Assembly: GCF_902652985.1 (NCBI RefSeq)
Contig: NC_047018.1
Location: 11,904,001-11,968,000, forward strand
From: Pecten maximus
Taxonomy: Eukaryota
DNA length: 64,000 bases
Direction of reading: 5' to 3'
This document shows, in pieces, positions 24,346 through 35,891 of this stretch. The notes under the pieces were generated by a model that worked only from the letters and a program-made list of their open reading frames with translations, did no database searches and was not told where the DNA came from. The translations under genes were made by a program, and so were the position numbers. Numbering within the stretch: the first letter of the stretch is position 1; every line of letters begins with the position of its first letter.

Positions 24346-25700
24346 GTATTGCCGCTCCATCACGTTGTTTAATTGTTCATCCTTTTTGCAAAGATTCAGT
24401 AGATCCAGTCCTCGACATACTCGATTAGTGGTTCTTGCAACTTTCTAACTTCTGGCACATAAGGCATCCACTGTCTGTATACTTTACCCACTGGTCACAT
24501 TCCCCCGGCCATTGCCCTAATTTTCTCCATGCCTAGTTTTTGTCCATCCGAGATCCAATTACTGTGACAGCGCCCTTTCAACTTTTCTTTTACAAACTCG
24601 TTCACACGTTCGAGTTTGGTATCACTTAGTTTTGCTTTGCGCTCACCGAATATGATCGCGTCTTCACGCCCGTATCTCCTCGTTTGGAATCAACTCCTGT
24701 ATTTCGTACTTCACGTTTGCAGATTTAAAACCACTGATTATGGGTACAAAAGGACAACACGAAGAGCGAAATGTTATGAAGGGCAAATTCAAAGTAATTT
24801 TCGGCAGGTTGTTTTAGGAACTCATCAAGCAGTACGTGTTCTTTGTTGTAGCATTCATTGTTTTACATTTTTCTTCATCAACATTAATGCAAAGTGGCAA
24901 TGGTTTCGTTTCAAAAGAAGCTATATGTGTGAACTAGTGAGAATCAGCAATCGGAAGCTAGTTGAATGGGAATACTGTACATGCAATTTGAAGACGGTCT
25001 CCATATTATCATTGAATTCAGATATTTTTAAAGAGGATACCCGATCGTCATGATTAGTATTTTTGTATTTCTAAGGGAAGTTCGAGCATTTATAAGGTCG
25101 TTGTTAGCTGTTCTGTTAAGGTCTTTGATAAAATCAGTCAGCCAAGAGAGGGGCAGGGTTTGCGCCAATGACTATGCCAATAGTGGGTTTTAAACTCAAT
25201 AACAAGGCAGTCAACGCATGGCATGGTATGGTTATGTGTGCTGAAGAAATATGTGATTCTGGATGTAAATGAGAGAAGTTGACAATTATCTTTGATGAAA
25301 TGTACTCAGGATTTCAGTAACACTGATTTTTCTAAATAAGCTCAGAGAAAGAGAGAGGACTTTTACTTGGTTTTATTTTTTTATAAAAAAATGCATATAT
25401 CATAAGTATTACATTAGTACACCAAAGGACTCAAAGTCCCCCATTGCCTATGAAGGTGACCTGGAATGTACTCATACACAAGTGGCTTGAACTCTTAGAA
25501 TTAATATCAAAACAAAAATTGTAAGTTGCCCGACAGGATATGACAGGTAATAATGAAATTGAACATGAATGAAAACCTTGTCATGCTTTTTGACCACAGC
25601 TTATTAGCCTTGGTGTTTCTAGCACCTATCAAAGGTTTAAAGTTTGTTTTTAAATTTCCACATCTACAGAATAGGAATATTACTTTTTCATAAGATATGA

Positions 25701-26313
25701 AAACAAGAGGCCCAGAGGGCCTGTATCGCTCACCTGGTTTCATGAGATATGAAACAAGAATGATGCTGAAGTATATTTGTCGCTGGTATTGCTATGTCAA
25801 TATATATCATAAGCATTTTATATGGGTACATGTACATTGGTTTTATTTTAATACTGAAAATTCCAAAAAGTGCATTAATCCATGAAATGATATTGACTTT
25901 TGGCACAACCTCATAGGGATGCTACCACACAAATGTGAGTGATATCCATTGATTAGTTTCAGAGAAGAACTTGTTTAGACCAATTGACCCTTTTGATCCT
26001 GACCTCTGCCCCCTTGGGGGTCAGCTCTTTCCTTTATGCAATTTTGAATCCCTACCCCAATAGGATGCTACCAGTCAAACCATTGCCAAGTTTCAGAGAA
26101 GAAGTTGTTTAAATCAATTTAGCCAAATTGACCCCTTTTGTACAATTTTGAGTCCCCTACCCATAGGGATGCTTCTGACCAAATTTGTTCAAATTCTGAT
26201 CAGCGATTATGAAGAAGAAGTCAAATAAGTCAATTGTTGACGGACGGACGGACGACGGACGCCACGGTATGGCATAAGCTCACATTGGTCCTTTGGACCA
26301 GGTGAGCTAAAAA
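25701..26313 (+). mobile_element. HINE/pearl-like non-autonomous element, second family
   Basis: AACAAGAGGCCCAGAGGGCCT head, (GGAC)n, terminal hairpin AGCTCAC..TGGTCCTTTGGACCAGGTGAGCT + AAAA; a related decayed 3' end lies at ~10860-10905. Confidence 0.75.
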
Positions 26314-26599
26314 GTGTACATATTCAATGAATTTGGATTGCCAATCTGAAGAATGAATCACCTTTTGAATTATTAAGAATATTCATATTCCTTCATTTTA
26401 GACAAATGATATTTATGCATAAAACACATGGACTTGGCATTTCCCAGTCCAACTGTCAACACCCAGACTTCATTATCAGGATGCTGTAAAATAATATATA
26501 AGTAAAATGCATCAATATAAAATAATGTCTGTAGCATTATGAAACTAGTGCTACTTTAATGAACAAGAAAGACTTGGGCAGTGAATAGTTTTGATGAGT

Positions 26600-29500
26600 T
26601 TAAAGTCCTGTCATCCTTGTTGATCTTTTACATCGGTTTTCAGTCAGCCACAACCCAGCTGAGAGTACCACTGTACATATAGCCAATCCGATCATAAACA
26701 CAGTGGATGGAAATTCTCCCTGAAAACAAAAATAGAAATGCATTAATAAAACTAAGACAAAAAATAACTCTACAACGAGATAAAACTAGATTTATCAATT
26801 TATACCATTTGATGGAACCTCTTGCATTAAATTTTAAGACTACCTTCATTTGCTAGAAATCCAACCCAGATTTGATACCTGATATTTTCTTTTAAAAGGT
26901 GGGGTTAATCAACAGTTGGCCCCCACTTCAATTTCTTTTATCTTTTCACCATTAGCAACCGTAATTATAACCATATAAATGATTAGTCATTACTACTAGT
27001 GGACCTCCATGCATAAAACCAAGTTAAGTGAAGGGGGTACCCTAAAAAAATGGTTGATTAATGTAAATTTGAAAATCAATTATAACAGTTCACAGTGTAT
27101 AAATTTACTGTTTTTTGATACCAAATATGTCATATTGACATGCATGAGGTAAGGTATAGTGATACATTTAATTAGAAAAACATGTACCCAACATTGTCAA
27201 CTTGAATTAGTATAATTGTAATCACAATCTATATTTTATACTTCTTTGAAATCTTTCCATCAATTATACTTTCTTCAGAATATATATTTGAGAAATTTTA
27301 AAACCAGTAAATTACTTTTTTAACATAGGTGTTGATCCAACCTTTTAAAAGAGCTTGTGTGATTAACTCAATAAAATACCTTTCTCAAGCATTTATATCC
27401 ATGGTGACCATCCTTACAAACACATTCCATCATGTTAGGTCCTGTATGTTGACACTTGCTGTTGACATTAGGACAGGTTACTGAAATATTAACACAGAAA
27501 ATCATTTCAGATCAAGAACTTTCTAATTCGTTGAATTAAATAGAAATGTTTGATTTCATGCCATTCATGGTACTGAAGTCCAATATAAATGACATTTCCC
27601 AAAGTCCTCAAGAAAATTTATTTTACCTATTCCTGATTTACACTATCGTCATTTCTTGTGAAGTGTTTTCATTCAAGGTTACCTCCCCTTAGACTTAAAT
27701 CCACAATCAGTGATTTATGCATATACATAACACACACCAGTGGCCTGGTTGTTTAGGTGGACAAACCAGATAAAAGAACATAAATCACCAGGTCTGTCCC
27801 TATTTCATAAACAAACTCTGGTGCAACTTTTAGACTACGACAATTAACAACAAGAGATCCCAGAGGGATCTTGGCGCCCACCATTGAATGATCTTCATAA
27901 GTTCCATGTCAGATTGATCTTTTCTCTACTTTTCCCTTCATTTTACTAATCTGTGCAAATTGAGACATCCCTCCAGTACTTTTCAAACAAGGGAATCCTA
28001 GCTATATAAGAAATTTGAGATTTAACGATAATGGCTGTTTGTTTGCCAGGTTGTTTTGAGGACAGACTGGTCCAAAAATGCAATACAAGGGACCAGGGGG
28101 AACCTACTTATGAAATTTGAGCAAGATCCATTCAGTACTTTGAGAAATAGAGATAACAAACCTCAATTGTCAAAATCCAAGATGGCGGTCTGTCGGCCAT
28201 ATTGTTTTCCAATTGATCTCAAAATGCATTAAGCATAAAGAGGCACCAAGGAGAACCTCCATATGAAATTTGAGAAAGATCCCTTCAGTACTTTCTCAGA
28301 AATAGCGATAACAAACTTCAATTGTCAAAATCCAAGATGGCTGCCTGTCGGCCATATTGTTTTCCAATTGATCTCAAAATGCAATAAGCATAAAGAGGCA
28401 CCAAGGGGAACCTCCATATGAAATTTGAGAAAGATCCCTTCAGTACTTTCTCAGAAATAGCGATAACAAACTTCAATTGTCAAAATCCAAGATGGCTGCC
28501 TGTCGGCCATGTTATTTTCAGATTGGTCTCAAAATGCAATAAGCATAAAGAGGCACCAAGGGGAACCTCCATATGAAAATTGAGAAAGATCCCTTCAGTA
28601 CTTTCTCAGAAATAGCGATAACAAACTTCAATTGTCAAAATCCAAGACGGCTGCCTGTCGGCCATGTTATTTTCAGATTGGTCTCAAAATGCAATATGCA
28701 TAACTAGGCACCAAGGGAAACTTACATATGAAATTTGAGAAAGATCCCTTAAATACTTTCTCAGAAATAGTGATAACAAACTTCAATTGTCAAAATCCAA
28801 GATGGCTGCCTGTCGGCCATGTTGTTTTCAGATTGGTCTCAAAACGCAATATGCATAACTAGGCACCAAGGGAAACTTACATATGAAATTTCAGAAAGAT
28901 CCATTCAATACTTTCTCAGAAATAGTGATAACAAACTTCAATTGTCAAAATCCAAGATGGTTGCCTGTCGGCCATGTTGTTTTCAGATTGGTCTCAAATC
29001 GCAATATGCATAACTAGGCACCAAGGGAAACCTACATATGAAATTTCAGAAAGATCCATTCAGTACTTTCTCAGAAATAGTGATAACAAACTTCAATTGT
29101 CAAAATCAAAGATGGCTGCCTGTCGGCCATGTTGTATTCCGATTGGTCTCAAATCGCAATATGCATAACTAGGCACCAAGGGGAACCTACATATGAAATT
29201 TGAGAAAGATCCCTTCAGTACTTTCTCAGAAATAGCGATAACAAGAATTGTTTACGGACGGACGGACGGACCACGGACGCAGGGCGATTTGAATAGCCCA
29301 CCATCTGATGATGGTGGGCTAAAAATGGCCCAGATTTCTCTTTGCTATAACTGTTGACAGGAAAACTGTCTGGAAGGGGAGATAATTTGTATGGCATCAA
29401 TATGACATTAATGTTTGTTATCTCAGAAATGATTTACAGTTGTGTATATCAATTTTCAGATCAATATGCTTTGATTAAGTGTTAAATTATCAATACTTTT

Positions 29501-32500
29501 CAAATTGTTAAAATTGCTCTACCTAATTTTGTATTAAAATATATCTGTCAACTTTAACATTTTTTAAATGGATACAGAACCCATATCAATACATTAAGTT
29601 TGATAGTGTGTAATAAATGCTTGATACTATTATATGATTTTTGTAAAACATTGAAACTTTATCATTCTATGTAACATTTTAATTGAAACTAATTTCAATT
29701 CTGAAGCAAGTTGTCAGACAGGATAATCTATAAAACTCTAAAAGACTAAATGGCAAGGATCATTAACATGTCCAAAGTTCCCCTGTGTTAGGGAAATTAC
29801 AATGTTTGGGAAACTGATCGATACACACTTACACCTACCCACAATGACAATCCTTACTTATAAATATACTGGTATATTCTTTGACATTTACATACACAAT
29901 GCTGAGGAAATAAAATAACTGAAACTTCAAACCAGAGGGATCTTGGCGCCCACCATTGAATGATCTTCATAGGTTCCATGTCAGATTGATCTTTTCTCTA
30001 CTTTTCCCTTCTTCTAAGTCTTACTAATCCTAATCTGTGTAAATACAGAAACAGCCCTCTATAGCTAGTACTTTTCAAACAAGGGGAAACTATATATAAA
30101 ATTTAAGATTTAGCGATAATGGCTGTCTGTCGACCATGTTTTTGGATTGGTCCCAATATGCAAAACTAGGCACTGAGGGGAACCTACATATGAAATTTGA
30201 GAAAGATCCCTTGAGTGCTTTCTGAGAAATAGTGATAACAAACTTCAATTGTCAAAATCCAAGATGGCTGCCTGTCGGCCATGTTGTTTTCTGATTAGTT
30301 TCAAAATGCAATATGCATAACTAGGCACCAAGGGGAACCTACATATGAAATTTGAGAAAGATCTCTTCAGTACTTTCTGAGAAATAGCGATAACAAACTT
30401 CAATTGTCAATATCCAAGATGGCTACCTATCAGCCATGTTGTTTTCTGATTGGTCTCAAAATGCAATATGCATAACAAGGCACTGAGGGGAACGTATGTA
30501 TGAAATTTGAGAAAGATCCCTTCATTACTTTCTGAGAAATAGCGATAACAAACTTCAATTGTCAAAATCCAAGATGGCTGTCTGTCGGCCATGTTGTTTT
30601 CCGATTGGTCTCAAAATGCAATACGCATAACTAAGCACCAAGGGGAACCTACATATGAAATTTGAGAAAGATCCCTTCAGTACTTTCTGAGAAATAGCGA
30701 TAACAAACTTCAATTGTCAAAATCCAAGATGGCTGCCTGTCGGCCATGTTGTTTTCCGATTGGTCTCAAAATGCAATATGCATAACTAGGCACCAAGGGG
30801 AACCTACATATGAAATTTGAGAAAGATCCCTTCAGCTCTTTCTGAGAAATAGCGATAACAAACTTCAATTGTCAAAATCCAAGATGGCTGCCTGTCGGCC
30901 ATGTTGTTTTCCGATTGGTCTCAAAATGCAATATGCATAACTAGGCACCAAGGGGAACCTACATATGAAATTTGAGAAAGATCCCTTCAGTGCTTTCTGA
31001 GGATTAGCGATAACAAGAATTGTTTACGGACGGACGGACGGACGACGGACCACGGACGCAGGGCGATTTGAATAGCCCACCATCTGATGATGGTGGGCTA
31101 AAAATATGTAGAAGAATGCAAATTGCTTAATGATAAAATGTATATGTATCTTCATTATCAAATGCTAAATACCCCGGTAGTATTTTCACATATATTAAAG
31201 ATAGAACTTGGTATAATTGCTTTGAATACAAATAGATTTGACATTCAACCTTTATTTTTTACCTATTTATTCAGTTCCTGACAAGACTGTGAATACATTC
31301 TGACCGTTACCAGAGTAATTTCCTGTTTTAATGTGGAATCATTATAACATTGTCTTTGTTCTACACTAACATGGGATAGGTACTTGTATATATATATATG
31401 ATAGTTTTTATACAGTGAGAGTGTTTTATAATGACAATGTTGTGATATACTGTACCATTTAGATGGTGACAAGTCTGTATCTCCCCCATGCACTGGGTTG
31501 TATCTGTTGTTTTGTTGTCATAAATCTCCCACGCATCAGGTCCCCCTGGACACGTCAGGTTTGGTTGTAATACTCTGAAAATTCATACAAGAGTACATCT
31601 TACAGATAAACAGAGAAATTACTCAAATCTGGTGCTTAAATATATGTCCTGTAATTCATAAACCGTCCATTGGTAGAAATGACATATCTGTTGCAATAGT
31701 GAATATCATATCTATCCTGCAATAGGCCCAGGTGACTGTAATGGTAAACTTTCCGTACTTAACACGTGATATTTATCATAAGCCCAATACCACATCAGTG
31801 GGTTTATTACATGACAATGAATTTATTCGTAAGCTACAAAACTAAATAGATAAATGGCTTATTGTTATATAAACATGGTATATCATATGCTGTTAAATAT
31901 TTGGTCATTGGTACTAGAGCATGTTTTATACAGAACCTTCTGAAAATAAGTATTCATTAGTACTTATGTTTGTATATATGTTAATGTTAAAATTTCTGGA
32001 TGTCTTTAATTTCTTAATTGTCATCCATTTTACCTGTTAACTATAATAATACAATGCATTACATACATCTATTGCAGGGATGTAAAAAATATTTTATAAT
32101 CACTAGCCCATGGCTGCATTTTTTTACTAGCCAAACCTGAAAATTTGGTATCCCGGATATCGGGCTACTGGATTTTTACAGCCGGATAGCATACATTTAA
32201 TCAGAATTATTGCCATTAAAACATTATCATACAAATGTACATAAAATTAAAGCAAACTTACAGGAGACTGATGTTTGTAGTTTGATAAAAATCCTCTCTT
32301 TCTAATGAGGTCAACTTATTTCCTTGTAGAAATCTGCAAGAAATGAGAATGTGTTAAACAGTAAACTGTAAGGTAAGGTATGTTAAATGGTTTATATTAA
32401 CTATCACTAATCTTAAGTAGACTACTAGAGCAAATGTCTACTTATATTTAACTCAGAAATTCATTTTAGCATTAGGACAGCAGAGCTTTTTTCTGTTTTT

Positions 32501-34789
32501 TTTGGGGGCTGTTAATGGGCCCCATTCCCAATTGAAATTATTTCTTCTTTAAGCCAAATTTCCAAAATTTTCAGTTTATTCATGAAAAAATCTCTCCCAA
32601 TTTACCAATTTTCTTCCAAAAATGAGACAAAAAGGCCCTTTCCCAAATCAGTCAGAAAAAGCCATGGGACAGGGAAATATAGAATTATGGTTATGAAATT
32701 GATCATTACATATATACAAATCAATATTGTCTAACTTGTAATTGTAATCATTTGGTTATTCAATTATATTGTTATACCAGCTTTTGGAAACCTACCGGTA
32801 TACTTACATAGTGGTTAAATTAGGCTGGTTTGTAAGTATCTTATCAAGAGACTGAAGGTTACAGTTGGAAAGATCCACTCTAAAACAAAAGGAAATTGGG
32901 TAACATGTAAATCAGATACATGTACATTATATACCTACATAAACTCCAGAGACATGTACATTATATATATACCTACATAAACTGCAGATACATGTACATT
33001 ATATACCTACATAAACTGCAGATACATGTACATTATATACCTACATAAACTCTAGATAACTTTTGAACATGTTTTTTTCTCACCTCTACCTCCTCAAAGT
33101 GGAGGATTTTTTTTCACCCATACTTGTGCAGGGGTGGCAAACCCCCCCCCCCCCCCCCCCTCCCCAAAAAAAAAAAACCATGTACACTACCTGCTATGGC
33201 AATGAATATGTAGGTTAAGAAAGGAATAACCTACAATATGATTTATATTTCAAAAATAAGCATTTAAAAAAAAAATCAAGTTGCAATTTGTTTTCATAAA
33301 TTAAAACTCAATTAGCTGGGCTATTTTAAATAGCTACATCCTGGAAAAGCATATATACCCACTGAATAGGATAACAAATTAATTTAATGTCCTGATGACA
33401 GCAGTGCTTGCTATTAAGACAAATGTCTCTGCGACTTTTAATACATGTATTCTATTACCAGGTAAGCCAAAATTTAGACCCTGAAACTGAGTGATATAAA
33501 AACAGTCACACTGAGTGACACAATCAAAGTTTTGTTTGCTTCTCAATTTACTTTAATCACTCACATTGTAGTTGTGTTAATTATAAATCACTGTCAACAG
33601 TATATTAACATTACTTACTCTGTGATAAATGTTGTATTTCCAGATTTTACTACACAACATCTCCCCCATGGTGTACTGTTCTGACAGTCCAAGGAACTAT
33701 TATGTGTACAACTGATGTGGCATATCTGAAAATGTAACAGTTAACTTTTGAGATTGCAATGCATTTTTTTAATACAAACAGACAGATGTATCTAGGTACT
33801 AAGGTAAGAAATTGTTGTCATCACCTTATTTTTTGTGATTTTCTGAACTACTAACTAGTGTAATAGGAAGGGGTAATGTCTGGCTTGGAACTAGCAAACT
33901 TCACTCTCAAGGCAAACATCCTACCACTAGGCTAAAGGGAAATTCCTGCTAGTCTGAGCTAATAAGGTGACCTTACACTCTGTACTTTTACACTACATAC
34001 TCCCTCCTTCACAAAGACTTCGCCCCTAGTTTAAAGCAACCACAATATTTCATTCAAAGAAGCCTCTCTCCTGATAATACTTTTACAATATATACACTTG
34101 TAGCTGATATCTATCATCATATAATTCTGTTGAGCATAACTAGAGGTTCTGGACTTAATCCCTAATGTTGGTAGGCCTATTGAAATAGATATGAATTATC
34201 ATGACCTCTGTACGTTACAGCATAAAGAAATGCAGTCCATTTTTTTTAGCTTGCAGAAAAGTTGCATGATGATCTACAATATTAATCAGCTACATAGCAG
34301 TACATTTACTCAAATGAAAAAAAACCATACCACATTAATTTGTAATGGATCGCAATATGAAAGGCAGCACAAGTACCGTAGTTCACTTACGCCGTCATGT
34401 GGTTAATAGAAGACATATTCTAAATATAGATTTACGCGCCCGGTCACGAGTGATTATCAAATGTCATGTTTGTCTTAAAATCATAATGTGACGTTTATCA
34501 AAACTAATCAAATCAGACTATAATTGGTTAAGTTCCCTTTGAGATGGATTTATATTATTAAAGGCAGCAAAATACATTTCTGTGTCAAGTTATGATTATT
34601 TATCTAGCTAGATCTAGCTTCAGAGACTTTTAATAAAATGAAAAGCACCTACTCTGACGTCCACATGACTTTGTAGCACCTGTACATTACTTATGGTGTA
34701 CTTACATCACTTCTACTGGAACTCGATGCTAATCTGATCAGAAGAACAGCTAAAACATAAAATATGCCTATATGGAAAGAAGATTCCAT
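26600..34789 (-). CDS. ATRAID: All-trans retinoic acid-induced differentiation factor (APR-3); 7 exons
   Basis: Exons 34789-34706 (signal peptide), 33725-33619 (ICHISC...GRCCVV), 32879-32808 (VDLSNCNL), 32333-32262 (LQGNKL, LRR-like), 31574-31456 (LTCPGGPDAW), 27480-27380 (EGF-like CPNVNSKCQHTGPNMMECVCKDGHHGYKCLRK), 26719-26600 (GEFP + TM, stop TAA). All phases are consistent, and the motifs match the recalled ATRAID pattern (RCC, DLQNC, CPGG..AW, GPG..QCVCADGFHGYKCMR). Confidence 0.9.
27849..29325 (+). mobile_element. Helentron-type non-autonomous element (HINE/pearl-like) with internal 155-bp tandem array
   Basis: 5' AACAAGAGATCCCAGAGGGATCTT hairpin, ~8 copies of a 155-bp unit, (GGAC)n microsatellite, 3' hairpin AGCCCACCATC-TGAT-GATGGTGGGCT followed by AAAAA. 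Confidence 0.8.
29932..31104 (+). mobile_element. Second copy of the same HINE-like family with 155-bp array
   Basis: Same head (CCAGAGGGATCTTGGCGCCCACC), ~6 array units, (GGAC)n, and an identical 3' hairpin. Confidence 0.8.
32913..33058. repeat. ~36-bp tandem repeat next to the ATRAID exon 3 acceptor
   Basis: CAGATACATGTACATTATATACCTACATAAACTG, ~4 copies. Confidence 0.85.
33859..34030 (-). mobile_element. Degenerate relic of a second tRNA-LTR TRIM family (one LTR + PPT side)
   Basis: TGTAATAGGAAGGGG...CACTACA followed by TACTCCCTCCTTCACAAAGACTTCGCCC, resembling CCTCCCTCCTTTTTTTCAAGTCTTCGCCC of the intact TRIM; A-box-like TAGCCTAGTGGTAGG on the minus strand. Confidence 0.55.
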
Positions 34790-35891
34790 TGTGATCCTAA
34801 GTTCTAACTTCAAGGAAGACGCAATCTTCCCATCAAACGTAAACAGACTTCTGACAAGGGAGATCACTCTTACTGAATTCCTAATTTCCGGTAGGACACC
34901 ACTAATAGTCACATGATAATGCGACATTTGATCAATCTAAATGAATGACTGTTTTCGGAATAATAACCGTCTCGCTTCCGCTCTTTACACATTATTTTGA
35001 AGAAGTAGAGATACTTTGATCGTCTGTTGAAACAGAGACTTCAATATAATTCAAAACGATGATCTATGGGGTGGGGAAGTATTTCACTTCATTTCACATA
35101 TCTTCATTTTGATGTTAAATGTACTTTCTTGTAATATTGAACAGTTTTTGTGTTGTGTTATTATTTGCATTAGCATTTCTCAATTTTACAGTTGAATAAT
35201 AATAATAATAATAATAAAAAATACTGAAAATTTTAAATTATTATAAAATATTGTCTCATTCCGGGTATTCATTGATTTCTAAAAAGACATCCGATACTGT
35301 TTCACACCAAAATAGTCCTACATTGTTGATTATATATCGTTGTCTTTTTCTTCTAACAAAGCATTAGATATTGAAATTGTAATCACCATGATTTAGCTGT
35401 TATTGAAGACTGGTCTGACAAATGGAAAGTTACGTTTAATCCCACTTTTCTTGAATCTATTGTTTAATAATACACAGATCTTCTTTCTGCAAATCACGAT
35501 TATCTCAGGGTAACATTGAACAAAAACTGTAAATGGTTTTCCCCGCGTAAACAATATCGTTAATTAGCTAAAACATATTAAAATACTCATTAATTGAATA
35601 GAAATGTGCTGTCGAAATTGTGTATAATTTTTTATAATGCCTATTATGGAATATATGCCTCTGAGGTATGGTATGATTAGAAAATATCAAATTAGTACGG
35701 AGCCAGTCTCTGTCTTGTGCTCATATGTATATGAACGGTCTTTTGTTTGTAACTGGAACTTGCATAGTATGCTGTTCGGGTGCCTGTTGTATAGATATAT
35801 GTTCATGAGAATTAATCAAATGTTTTTGTTGATAATGTGTACGTATATGCATGTATGTATATTTTTTTGTTTTTGTTTAACATCCTATTAA

